From Actinomycetota bacterium (GTDB taxonomy: Bacteria > Actinomycetota > Acidimicrobiia > Spongiisociales > UBA4744): a stretch of DNA of 64,000 nt. The stretch spans positions 12,793 through 76,792 of the forward strand of contig JAADGS010000092.1 of the NCBI GenBank assembly GCA_013152275.1. Direction: 5' to 3'. Every line of letters begins with the position of its first letter. The stretch's first letter is position 1. A program made the translations under genes and the position numbers. Below the pieces are notes generated by a model that worked only from the letters and a program-made list of their open reading frames with translations, made no database searches and was not told the DNA's origin. This document shows positions 1 through 8,569 of the stretch, piece after piece.

Positions 1-1
1 G

Positions 2-274
2 GTGGCGATCGGAGCGGTCAACGCGTCGGTCCCTCACGCCGAACTCGAGTCCTTCGCTCTCGAATGGGCGGCCGAGATCAACGCGAAGAGCCCCACGTCC
101 ATCCGGATGCTCAAGTACGCGTTCAACCTCCCCGACGACGGACTCGTCGGCCAGCAGCTCTTCGCGGGCGAGGCCACCAGGCTGGCCTATGGGACCGAGG
201 AGGCCGAAGAGGGGCGGGATGCCTTCCTCGAGAAACGCAAACCCGATTGGTCCCCCTTCCCCCATCACTTCTGA
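2..274 (+). CDS. menB: 1,4-dihydroxy-2-naphthoyl-CoA synthase (crotonase superfamily), C-terminal fragment; 5' end lies outside the window
   Basis: The translation ends ...MLKYAFNLPDDGLVGQQLFAGEATRLAYGTEEAEEGRDAFLEKRKPDW, a typical MenB C-terminus. It lies immediately upstream of menA, and its stop codon is 1 nt from the menA ATG. Confidence 0.8.
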   Translation: MAIGAVNASVPHAELESFALEWAAEINAKSPTSIRMLKYAFNLPDDGLVGQQLFAGEATRLAYGTEEAEEGRDAFLEKRKPDWSPFPHHF

Positions 275-275
275 G

Positions 276-1172
276 ATGACGCTGGATCCCACGACGAAGA
301 GCGGTGCCTGGTACCTGGCTTCGCGACCGCACACCCTGCCTGCGGCCCTCGCCCCCGTGGCGGTCGCCGCAGGGCTCGCCATCGGCGACGGTGCCTTCAG
401 ATGGGGACCGCTCATCGCAACGGCGATCGGCGCTCTCGCCATCCAGGTGGCCGCGAACTTCACCAACGATCTCTCGGATGCGCGCAAGGGCGCGGACAAC
501 GAGGACCGGATCGGCCCGCAACGTGCCGTCGCGTCCGGTCTGCTCACCGAACGTGCGATGGAGCTCGGCACCTGGGTCGCGTTCGCCGTCGCGACGGTCG
601 CAGGGGTGTATCTCTTTGCGATCGCAGGGTGGGTGATCGTGATCGTCGGGGTCGCATCGATCCTCGCGACCCTCGGCTATGTGGGCGGGCCGAAACCCTA
701 CGGGTACCGGGGCCTCGGCGAGGTGTTCGTGTTCGTGTTCTTCGGTCTCGTCGCGACCGTCGTGTCGCGTTTCGTGTATGACCGTGCGGCACCACTGGAC
801 GCCTGGCTGTTGGCGATCCCGATGGGGTTCCTGGTCACCGCCATCCTGGTGGCGAACAACGTCAGAGACATCGAGACGGACCGTAGCGCCGGCAAACGCA
901 CCCTTGCGGTGATCATGGGGCGAGATCGCACGAGGATCCTCTTCGACGTGCTCGTGTGGGGATCGTTCGTCCTGATCGGCGTGTTCGCACTCGCCGGATG
1001 GACGCCGGCCTGGACGGCGCTTGCACTGGTCACCGCTCCGCTCGCGATTCCCTTGACGGGCACGATCCATCGCGAGACGTCGGGGCCCGCGTTGATCGGC
1101 GTGCTGAAGGGGGTCGCCCGTCTCGACCTGGTGTTCGGCATTCTGGTGGCCATCGGCGCCGCAATCGGCTGA
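276..1172 (+). CDS. menA: 1,4-dihydroxy-2-naphthoate polyprenyltransferase (UbiA superfamily, about 8 TM helices)
   Basis: ATG at 276 is in frame with ORF 189..1172. The protein is a polytopic membrane protein with the UbiA-type motif NDLSDARKGADNEDRIGPQR and follows menB. The longer ORF start at 189 overlaps menB and is unlikely. Confidence 0.85.
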   Translation: MTLDPTTKSGAWYLASRPHTLPAALAPVAVAAGLAIGDGAFRWGPLIATAIGALAIQVAANFTNDLSDARKGADNEDRIGPQRAVASGLLTERAMELGTWVAFAVATVAGVYLFAIAGWVIVIVGVASILATLGYVGGPKPYGYRGLGEVFVFVFFGLVATVVSRFVYDRAAPLDAWLLAIPMGFLVTAILVANNVRDIETDRSAGKRTLAVIMGRDRTRILFDVLVWGSFVLIGVFALAGWTPAWTALALVTAPLAIPLTGTIHRETSGPALIGVLKGVARLDLVFGILVAIGAAIG

Positions 1173-1317
1173 CGGGCCTTCACGGCGCGCCCGGGACCGC
1201 TCGGCGACGGTGGGCCCGGGACGAACCGGCCGAAACTAAGGCCGAACGGCCCTACTCAAGATCAGCCCACTCCATCAGACTGAATTTGGAAACGTTATAT
1301 CGCTTGCGTGGAGGCAC

Positions 1318-3477
1318 GTGATGACCCGATTGAGATATCTCGTGGTCGGCGTTCTCGGATTGTTCCTCATTCTGTTGGTCGCAGGGTGCGACAACAAGGC
1401 CGCCGAGACGACCACGACGACGAGTCCACCACAGACCACAACCACAGCCACCGCTACCACAGCCCCGCCGACCGTCGAGCCGGCGGTGGAGATACCATTC
1501 CTCGCCGACTGGCAGGGATCCGGCCACGCCGATGCGAGCGCCGAGGCGTTCAATCACTGGAACGATGACGACCCGGCGATCATCCCCGCCCGCTGCGCGA
1601 AGTGTCACAGCACACCGGGCTTCCAGGACTACGTCGGCGCCGACGGCACCGCATTCGGGACGGTCGATGCCGACGCTGCGATCGGGACGACGGTGGAGTG
1701 CGTCGCCTGTCACAACGACGCGACCCTGAAACTCGACCATGTGACGATGCCTTCCGGTGTCGAACTCACCGGCCTCGACGCCGAGGCGCGATGCATGACC
1801 TGCCACCAGGGTCGGGCATGGAAGGGCACCGTGGACGAAGCCGTTCAGGGAATCGATGAGGACACGGTCTCCGAAGACCTCGGCTTCATCAACATCCACT
1901 ACTTCGCAGCGGCAGCGACCAAGTACGGGACCGTGACGAAGGGCGGCTACGAATACGACGGCAAGTCGTACGACGCGGTCTTCGCACATGTGGACGGATA
2001 CTCGACGTGTATCCAGTGCCACGATCAACACACGCTCGAACTCAAGGTCGACGAGTGCTCGACGTGCCACGCGGGAGTGTCGTCGGTCCAAGACCTCGAG
2101 AACATCCGGATGGCCGGCTCGGAAGTCGATTACGACGGCGATGGCGACATCACCGAAGGCATCGCCTCCGAGATCGAAGGTCTGCAAGAGAAGCTGTACG
2201 CAGCAATCCAGGCGTACGCCTCGTCCAAGGTCGGCACACCGATCGTCTACGCCGCAGAGTCGTACCCGTACTTCTTCGTCGACACGAACGCGAACGGCGA
2301 CGCCGACGGGGAGGAAGCCTCCTACGGCAACAAGTATGCGAGCTGGACCCCGCGACTCCTGAAGGCGACCTACAACTATCAGGTCTCCATCAAGGATCCC
2401 GGCGGGTATGCCCACGGCGGCAAGTACATCATCGAGCTGCTCGTCGACTCGACCGACGACCTGAACTCGGTGCTGTCATCGCCGATCGCCATGACCGACG
2501 TGCACCGCATCGACGCCGGCCACTTCGCAGGATCCGAAGCGGCGTTCCGCCACTGGGACAAAGACGGTGAGATCCCGGCGTCGTGCAGCAAGTGCCACTC
2601 GGCGACCGGTCTCCCGCTCTTCTTCAAAGAAGGCGTCACGATCGCGCAGCCGGTTTCCAACGGCCTCTTGTGCTCGACCTGCCACAGCGATCTGTCGACC
2701 TTTGATCGATACGAGGTTGCTTCGGTGACCTTCCCGAGTGGGGCAAAGATCGACAGCGGCAGCAACAACATGAACCTGTGCATGACGTGTCACCAAGGCA
2801 GGGAGTCGACCGTGTCGGTCGACAAGCTGATCGGCGACACGAAGGCCGATGTGGTGAGCGACTCGCTCCGGTTCCTGAACGTGCACTACTTCGCGGCCGG
2901 AGCGACGATCTTCGGAGACCAGGCGAAGGGCGCCTACGAGTACGCGGGCAAGACCTATGTCGGCTACAACGAGGATCACCCGCTGAACCAGTGCACCCAG
3001 TGTCACGATCAGCACGCCCTGGAAGTCCGGGTCGACAAGTGCTCGGCCTGTCACGGCACGGTCGCCACCGAGGACGACCTGCACGCCATCCGCATGTCCA
3101 GCATCGACTACGACGGTGACGGCGACACGACCGAAGGCATGTGGGACGAGATCCAAACCATGCGGGCCGACCTGCTCGCCGCCATCCAGGCCTACGCGGC
3201 CAAGACGGCGGGGGCCGAAGCGATCGTCTACGACCCGAACTCGTACCCGTACTACTTCATCGACACGAACGGCGATGGAGTGGCCGGCGCCGACGAGGCG
3301 AACTACGGAAACCGCTACGGCACATGGACACCCCGCTTGCTGCGGGCCGCGTACAACTATCAGTACGCGACGAAGGATCCGGGCGGGTTCGCCCACAACG
3401 GCGAGTACATCGTCCAGACCCTGTACGACAGCATCAAGGACGTCGGCGGCGATGTCTCGGGGATGACCCGACCGTAG
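1318..3477 (+). CDS. Decahaem c-type cytochrome lipoprotein with internal tandem duplication (two pentahaem modules, each followed by a ~150 aa haem-free domain)
   Basis: Signal peptide with lipobox LVAGC, then a Thr/Pro-rich linker (ETTTTTSPPQTTTTATATTAPPTVEP). There are 10 CxxCH motifs: CAKCH, CVACH, CMTCH, CIQCH, CSTCH, then CSKCH, CSTCH, CMTCH, CTQCH, CSACH. The two halves are clearly paralogous (e.g. ...RCMTCHQGRAWKGTVDEAV... versus ...LCMTCHQGRESTVSVDKL...; YPYFFVDTNANGD versus YPYYFIDTNGDGV). RBS GGAGG lies 8 nt upstream of the ATG. Confidence 0.9.
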   Translation: MMTRLRYLVVGVLGLFLILLVAGCDNKAAETTTTTSPPQTTTTATATTAPPTVEPAVEIPFLADWQGSGHADASAEAFNHWNDDDPAIIPARCAKCHSTPGFQDYVGADGTAFGTVDADAAIGTTVECVACHNDATLKLDHVTMPSGVELTGLDAEARCMTCHQGRAWKGTVDEAVQGIDEDTVSEDLGFINIHYFAAAATKYGTVTKGGYEYDGKSYDAVFAHVDGYSTCIQCHDQHTLELKVDECSTCHAGVSSVQDLENIRMAGSEVDYDGDGDITEGIASEIEGLQEKLYAAIQAYASSKVGTPIVYAAESYPYFFVDTNANGDADGEEASYGNKYASWTPRLLKATYNYQVSIKDPGGYAHGGKYIIELLVDSTDDLNSVLSSPIAMTDVHRIDAGHFAGSEAAFRHWDKDGEIPASCSKCHSATGLPLFFKEGVTIAQPVSNGLLCSTCHSDLSTFDRYEVASVTFPSGAKIDSGSNNMNLCMTCHQGRESTVSVDKLIGDTKADVVSDSLRFLNVHYFAAGATIFGDQAKGAYEYAGKTYVGYNEDHPLNQCTQCHDQHALEVRVDKCSACHGTVATEDDLHAIRMSSIDYDGDGDTTEGMWDEIQTMRADLLAAIQAYAAKTAGAEAIVYDPNSYPYYFIDTNGDGVAGADEANYGNRYGTWTPRLLRAAYNYQYATKDPGGFAHNGEYIVQTLYDSIKDVGGDVSGMTRP

Positions 3478-3495
3478 GGACCGCAACCCAAGCCG

Positions 3496-3523
3496 GAGGG
3501 GCCCGACGTATGTCGGGCCCCTC
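3496..3523. terminator. Perfect GC-rich hairpin (12-bp stem GAGGGGCCCGAC / GTCGGGCCCCTC, 4-nt loop) downstream of the decahaem gene; likely intrinsic (I-shaped) terminator
   Basis: Inverted repeat read directly from the sequence, 19 nt after the stop codon. There is no T-tract, as is common in high-GC actinobacteria. Confidence 0.6.
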
Positions 3524-3716
3524 TCGACAGGGAGCGCTCCCCTCCACGGGACGCCTCTCTCGTTCCATCCTTATGGTTCCGGTCCTGTGTCATCAGCACA
3601 CCTGATCAGCCTCTCTGATATACGACCATGAATGGGTCTTTTGGCCCTAGCCCAACGGGACGTCGACAAGAGAGTATCCCTTACAGATCCTGAGGATCGG
3701 AAGGAGGGACGGAGAT

Positions 3717-4913
3717 ATGAAACGATCCCTACTGCTGCTGGTAGTCGTTTTTGCAATGATTCTCGCCGCGTGTGCCGGACCGGCCGGCGACACAGGACCT
3801 GCAGGGCCCGCGGGGCCCCAAGGACCTGCCGGGCCGGCCGGACCTGCCGGACCCGCGGCGCCTGCCGCCGCAACCGTCGGAGCCGACTACGTGGGAACAC
3901 AGACGTGTGCCGGATGCCATCCGGACAACGCCGAGAAGTTCCTCAAGTCGGGACATCCGTACAAACTGAACAAGGTGGTCGACGGACAACCGCCGACGTA
4001 CCCGTTCACCGAGATCACCCAGGTTCCTGAGGGGTACACCTGGGACGACATCACGTACGTGATCGGTGGGTACAACTGGAAGGCCCGTTTCATCGGACTC
4101 GACGGTTTCATCATCACCGGCGACGAAAACGCCAAAACGCAGTACAACCTGCCGAACCCGACCATCGGGCTCGGAGACAATTGGGTCGCGTACCACGCGG
4201 GTCAACAGAAGGCGTATGACTGCGGTCCTTGTCATACGACGGGATACCGGCCCGAAGGCCATCAGGATGGACTCGAGGGGATTATCGGAACCTGGGCGGA
4301 GCCCGGGATCCAGTGTGAAGAGTGCCACGGCCCTGGAAGCAACCACGTGGCGGATCCGTATGGAGTCGCGATGAAGGTGGACGTGTCGTCCGAGGCATGT
4401 ACTTCATGTCACCGACGCGGGTCGACCCTGACGATCGACGCCAAAGGAGGATTCATCAAGCACCACGAGCAGGGTGAGGAGCTGTTGCAGACAAAGCACG
4501 CGTCCCTCAGCTGTGTCACGTGCCATGATCCGCATACAGGCGTCATCGCGCTACGTAAGGCCGGAGAGGACTTCGCAGCGAACTTCCCGTGTCAAACCTG
4601 CCACGAGGAACAGGCCGACTACCAGAAGTCGACCGTCATGTCGGGCTTCGTCAAATGCATCGACTGTCACATGCCACGGATCGTCAAGTCCGCGGTCGGT
4701 GATCCCGCTGCATGGACCGGCGACATCCGAACACACCTGTTCGCCATCGACCCCAACCTGACCAACCAGTTCTCCGAGGACGGCTCGGTAGCCAACTCGG
4801 CGATCACGCTGGATTGGGCCTGCAAGTCGTGTCACCGTGACGGTGGTACGGCGAGCGTCAAGACGGACGAGGAACTGAAGGCGACGGCCGAGGGATACCA
4901 CTCGAAACCGTAA
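3717..4913 (+). CDS. Octahaem c-type cytochrome lipoprotein with collagen-like (GPAGP)n N-terminal linker
   Basis: Signal peptide with lipobox ILAACAG, then GPAGDTGPAGPAGPQGPAGPAGPAGPAAPAAA. There are 8 CxxCH motifs: CAGCH, CGPCH, CEECH, CTSCH, CVTCH, CQTCH, CIDCH, CKSCH. RBS GGAAGGAGG precedes the ATG. Confidence 0.9.
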   Translation: MKRSLLLLVVVFAMILAACAGPAGDTGPAGPAGPQGPAGPAGPAGPAAPAAATVGADYVGTQTCAGCHPDNAEKFLKSGHPYKLNKVVDGQPPTYPFTEITQVPEGYTWDDITYVIGGYNWKARFIGLDGFIITGDENAKTQYNLPNPTIGLGDNWVAYHAGQQKAYDCGPCHTTGYRPEGHQDGLEGIIGTWAEPGIQCEECHGPGSNHVADPYGVAMKVDVSSEACTSCHRRGSTLTIDAKGGFIKHHEQGEELLQTKHASLSCVTCHDPHTGVIALRKAGEDFAANFPCQTCHEEQADYQKSTVMSGFVKCIDCHMPRIVKSAVGDPAAWTGDIRTHLFAIDPNLTNQFSEDGSVANSAITLDWACKSCHRDGGTASVKTDEELKATAEGYHSKP

Positions 4914-4936
4914 TACGCCTGAACTACCAGCAGCTC

Positions 4937-4965
4937 GAGAGGCCCGGGCAAGCCCCGGGCCTCTC
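4937..4965. terminator. GC-rich hairpin (GAGAGGCCCGGG-caagc-CCCGGGCCTCTC) followed by a T-rich stretch, downstream of the octahaem gene; likely intrinsic terminator
   Basis: 12-bp perfect inverted repeat read from the sequence, 24 nt after the stop codon. Confidence 0.6.
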
Positions 4966-5070
4966 GCTTCTTCCACCTCCCCCTCGCTACGCTCACGTGG
5001 GAGCGCCACGAGACCTCGGGAGCGTCTGGCGCTCGGCGCGTCCTCCGGCGGGAACGCAACCCTCGATCCG

Positions 5071-5433
5071 ATGACGGGAGACCGGACAGTGGACCACACA
5101 GACATCGCCCGAACGCTGCAGGAGAGAAAGCGGGTTCTCGAGACAGAGTTGGCACACCTTGTCGAGCCTCCCGTCGCCGGAACGAACCTGTCCTTCGGAA
5201 AGCGAATCGGAGACGGGACCACCGAAGCGGTCGAGCGCATCAACACCACGGCGGCGGCACGTTCTCTCGCGGCCTCCCTCGCCGCCACCGACCGGGCGCT
5301 CGCCAAACTCGACGAGGGCACCTACGGCATCTGTGACCTCTGCGGCGACGCGATACCCCGGGAACGACTCGACGCCCGCCCCACGACGGCGACGTGTGTC
5401 GACTGCAGCCGACAGGGAACTGCCACCGGTTGA
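5071..5433 (+). CDS. TraR/DksA-family C4-type zinc-finger protein
   Basis: 120 aa with a C-terminal CDLCG...(17 aa)...CVDC four-cysteine finger and an N-terminal coiled-coil-like region. This matches DksA/TraR family architecture. Confidence 0.7.
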   Translation: MTGDRTVDHTDIARTLQERKRVLETELAHLVEPPVAGTNLSFGKRIGDGTTEAVERINTTAAARSLAASLAATDRALAKLDEGTYGICDLCGDAIPRERLDARPTTATCVDCSRQGTATG

Positions 5434-5460
5434 CGGCTCGCTGGGCTCGCCGTACTTCGT

Positions 5461-5497
5461 ATCTCGTATTTCGTACTTCGTATCGCTCGGCGCGCTC
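5461..5497. repeat. Heptanucleotide tandem array (CGTAYYT)x5 with GTAC phased every 7 bp
   Basis: The sequence reads cgtactt cgtatct cgtattt cgtactt cgtatcg. A second, longer copy of the same array is at 8457-8499. Confidence 0.7.
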
Positions 5498-5498
5498 C

Positions 5499-6656
5499 TC
5501 AGGCCTCATCCTGCTTTCCGGTGACCGGCAGCGGTACGGCTCGCCCCTCGGCGGCGCTCGTGAGAGCGGCGGCGAATATCCGGTGGCCGGCCAGCGCCTC
5601 TTCGGGAGTGGCACAACCGAATCGGTCGCCCAACTCGCCTGCCCTCTCGGTGAGAAACGCCGCCCACATCTGGAGCAGGGCATCAGGAAACCCGAACTCG
5701 AAGATGGATCCCGTGATGGTGGGGAAGACGGAAGCGTGTCCGGGCTGGATCTCTTCCCACATCTGCCGGCCCGACGGATCGATACGAAAGCGGCGCACGA
5801 TCTGGGGCGAACGGGTCGAGAAAGACACCCCGCCCTCCATGCCCAGCACTTCGAACGTCCAGGTGTTGGACTGGCCGGGAGCGATTCGCTTGGTCTCGAG
5901 ATGAAGCGGGAACGAACCCTCCGCAGAGTCGATGGTGCAGACGAGGGAGGCGTTGTCGATGGTGTCACAGGCGACCGGCTCACCGTTCGGTCCAGGCCGG
6001 TGGGTAACGATGTCCTGAAGGGTTGCGTACACCGAGGTGGGGAGCCACCCGAGCCGGAGCGGAACATGGACGACGTGCATACCGAGGTCCCCCATGACTC
6101 CGATCTCGCCACACGTGGCGACCTTGCGCTTCCAATTGATCGGCTTGTCCCGGTTCATGTCGGATGAGTGGAGCAACGCTGCGCGCGCCTCGATGATCTG
6201 GCCGAGACGACCGGAGGCGACCTCGGCCATCGCCATCTGCGCACCCGGGAAGAACGGCAGCTCCGACGAGCAGCGCGAGAAGACGCCCGAGTCTCCTACC
6301 GCGGTGACGATGGACTGCGCCGTCGGAAGGTCGATACCGAACGGCTTCTCCCCGAAGAGGTCGATGCCCGCATCGAGGACGTCACGGTAGATGGCGCCGT
6401 GAAGGACGTGTGGGACCGCAACGTACACGACGTCGAGGCCGGCCTCGATGAGCCGGGCGTGGTCACCGGTTGTCATCTCCACCGTGTCGATCTGCTCGAA
6501 CCAGGCTCTCCGCTCGGCGTCGATGTCGCAGACGGCGACGAGGCGGGGAACCACGGGAACGTCCAGGAGTGCCATCCAGCGACCGAACGCCGCGGCGGCC
6601 TCGCGGCCCATCAAGCCGCCACCGATGATCCCGACGCGTACCTGTCGAGCCATCAT
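5499..6656 (-). CDS. Gfo/Idh/MocA-family NAD(P)-dependent oxidoreductase
   Basis: N-terminal Rossmann motif MMARQVRVGIIGGGLMG with a typical GFO_IDH_MocA N and C domain arrangement. Its start overlaps the aldolase stop (ATGA). The longer ORF to 6875 is an Arg-rich antisense extension. Confidence 0.8.
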   Translation of the reverse strand: MMARQVRVGIIGGGLMGREAAAAFGRWMALLDVPVVPRLVAVCDIDAERRAWFEQIDTVEMTTGDHARLIEAGLDVVYVAVPHVLHGAIYRDVLDAGIDLFGEKPFGIDLPTAQSIVTAVGDSGVFSRCSSELPFFPGAQMAMAEVASGRLGQIIEARAALLHSSDMNRDKPINWKRKVATCGEIGVMGDLGMHVVHVPLRLGWLPTSVYATLQDIVTHRPGPNGEPVACDTIDNASLVCTIDSAEGSFPLHLETKRIAPGQSNTWTFEVLGMEGGVSFSTRSPQIVRRFRIDPSGRQMWEEIQPGHASVFPTITGSIFEFGFPDALLQMWAAFLTERAGELGDRFGCATPEEALAGHRIFAAALTSAAEGRAVPLPVTGKQDEA

Positions 6657-7483
6657 GCGGCGTCGAGATGCTCGACGGCCTCCTCGGGGGTCCAGCCTCG
6701 ATGAAGTATCCCCATCAGCGCCTGGGTGATGACGGCGGGCTTCGGATGCTGGACGATGTTCCGGCCGTACACGATCCCGGCCGCACCTTGCTCCAGGACG
6801 GCGGCCGTCCGCCGGAAGAGCTCGGCGGAATCGACCTTGCCGCCACCACGAACGAGAACCGGGATCGGTGCACATGCCTCGATCACGTCCCCGTAGCGGT
6901 CCGCCGGGTCGCTGGGATCCGCCTTCACGACGTCCGCTCCCAGCTCGACGGCCTGACGAGCCAGAGCCTTGATCCGGTCCACGTCGCGGACCCCGGTGTA
7001 GGCGCCTCCGTCGGGGCGCATCACCAGCGGCTCGACCATGAGCGGCATCGCCGCCAGGTCGCAGGCGGCGCGCAGTGCCATGACGTTACGAACGCACGCG
7101 CGGTGCAGCTCGGGGCGACCGTCGATGTCGAGGAGGTTCACGACCACGCACGCGGCGTCGAGCCGAACGGCCTGGCCCACCGCGTCCTCGATCAGCTCGG
7201 AGAACGGGCGGTCCGGCACGTCGGAGCCGTAGACGTTGGCGATGTCGGTCCGCAACACGAGCGCCGGTCGCGGGCGAACGGGCATCGACTGGAGAAGCCT
7301 CGCCTGCCCGGGAGAGAGTTGGATGGCGTCGGGTGCGGCTTCGACAAGGCTTGCGATGACGCTCGGCATGTGCGCGATGCCTTGAAGGAAGCCGGGCTCG
7401 TTGAAGAAGCCGTGGTCGACGGCCACGTCCAGGCAACGCTCGGAGACCGGATCGAACAGTCGGTGTAGCCGCGGGCCATTCAT
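6653..7483 (-). CDS. Class I aldolase of the DhnA/FbaB/LsrF family
   Basis: 276 aa. N-terminus RLHRLFDPVSERCLDVAVDHGFFNEPGFLQG resembles DhnA-type class I fructose-bisphosphate or sulfofructose-phosphate aldolases. Its ends overlap the adjacent kinase and oxidoreductase genes. Confidence 0.7.
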   Translation of the reverse strand: MNGPRLHRLFDPVSERCLDVAVDHGFFNEPGFLQGIAHMPSVIASLVEAAPDAIQLSPGQARLLQSMPVRPRPALVLRTDIANVYGSDVPDRPFSELIEDAVGQAVRLDAACVVVNLLDIDGRPELHRACVRNVMALRAACDLAAMPLMVEPLVMRPDGGAYTGVRDVDRIKALARQAVELGADVVKADPSDPADRYGDVIEACAPIPVLVRGGGKVDSAELFRRTAAVLEQGAAGIVYGRNIVQHPKPAVITQALMGILHRGWTPEEAVEHLDAA

Positions 7484-8445
7484 CTGTCTGGTTCCTCCAG
7501 CCCGGCCATGCGCCAGGCTTCGTCGGGATCGTTCAGTCCGGCGAATGTCTCGCTGGCGGTGGCTGCCAGGGCACCGAGGGCGGTGCCCAGCCGGACGGCT
7601 TTCGGCGATGGTAGGCCCCGCAGGAGGCCGATGAGGACACCGGCCGTGAAGGCGTCTCCTGCACCGGTACTATCGACCGAGTCGACCTCGATTGCGGCCA
7701 CATGGCCACGTGTCTCGTCACAGTCGAACCAGCAGCCGTCGACTCCGTCGGTGACGACGGCCACCCGCACCCCTCGCCGTCTCAGCTCGGCGGCGGCGTC
7801 CTCGGGAGCGGATTCGCCCGTGATCGCCCGAGCCTCGGCCAGACTGGGGCAGAACAGGTCGGTGTGGGCAAGAGCCGGGTTCACCAGGTCCCAGTCGTTG
7901 GCGGCGTTGTAGACGACGTCGAGGCTGGTCTGCATCCCGTTCCGCTTGGCGTGGGCGAAGAGCTCTGCAAGGGGCTCGCCGTCGAGTGCCGGCAGCACCA
8001 GCGCACCTCCGACGTGGAGAAACCGCCCTTTCGTCCGCTCACGGATGTGCTCGGCGGTGAGGAATCGGTTGGCTCCGATCTGATGGAAGATGGTGCGCTC
8101 ACCGGCGTCGTCGACCAGGATGGCCGACGACGAGGTGTTGGCGTCGACCTCCACCCATCGGGTGTCGAGCCTGTCGCCCTCCACCGACCGGCGGAGTACC
8201 TCGCCGAAGAGATCCGGGCCGACCGGAGCGATCAGCGTCGTGCCGACCCCCATGCCGGCGAGTGCCCTGGCGGTGCGAAGCGCGCATCCGCCTTCCACCA
8301 GTGTCAGGTCGTCGACCAGTTGCAGGAGGCCGAGCGGAAAGGGGTGGCGGACGGTGCGGACAACGACGTCGCACACCGCTATGCCGGCACAGGTCACCTC
8401 GACCGAGGTCACGGCATCACCGGCGAATCGCCGGCGGTCGGGCAT
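7480..8445 (-). CDS. PfkB-family carbohydrate (sugar/sugar-acid) kinase
   Basis: Ribokinase-like fold motifs: an N-terminal di-Gly region, and the C-terminal DSTGAGDAFTAGVLIGLL anion-hole/ATP motif. The likely start is MPDRRRF at 8445, because the upstream part of the ORF covers the heptamer repeat. Confidence 0.8.
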   Translation of the reverse strand: MPDRRRFAGDAVTSVEVTCAGIAVCDVVVRTVRHPFPLGLLQLVDDLTLVEGGCALRTARALAGMGVGTTLIAPVGPDLFGEVLRRSVEGDRLDTRWVEVDANTSSSAILVDDAGERTIFHQIGANRFLTAEHIRERTKGRFLHVGGALVLPALDGEPLAELFAHAKRNGMQTSLDVVYNAANDWDLVNPALAHTDLFCPSLAEARAITGESAPEDAAAELRRRGVRVAVVTDGVDGCWFDCDETRGHVAAIEVDSVDSTGAGDAFTAGVLIGLLRGLPSPKAVRLGTALGALAATASETFAGLNDPDEAWRMAGLEEPDR

Positions 8446-8456
8446 TCGAGAGACTC

Positions 8457-8499
8457 CGTACTTCGTACTTTGTATCTCGTACTTTGTACTTCGTATCGC
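8457..8499. repeat. Heptanucleotide tandem array (YGTAYYT)x6, second copy; lies 12 bp upstream of the PfkB kinase start
   Basis: The sequence reads cgtactt cgtactt tgtatct cgtactt tgtactt cgtatcg. It shares the flanks ccgtacttcgta...tcgtatcgc with the 5461 copy. Confidence 0.7.
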
Positions 8500-8569
8500 G
8501 ACCTCGCGTCGATGCAAGACCGTGGGGCGGGCGTGGCCGCTCCCACGGACGACCGATCACCGACGACCG

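Noticed and set aside
3775-3870. GC-rich tandem repeat that could be mistaken for a CRISPR-like or VNTR array
   Set aside because: It lies inside the octahaem cytochrome ORF and encodes the in-frame (GPAGP)n linker. It has no spacer/repeat alternation and is not a CRISPR.
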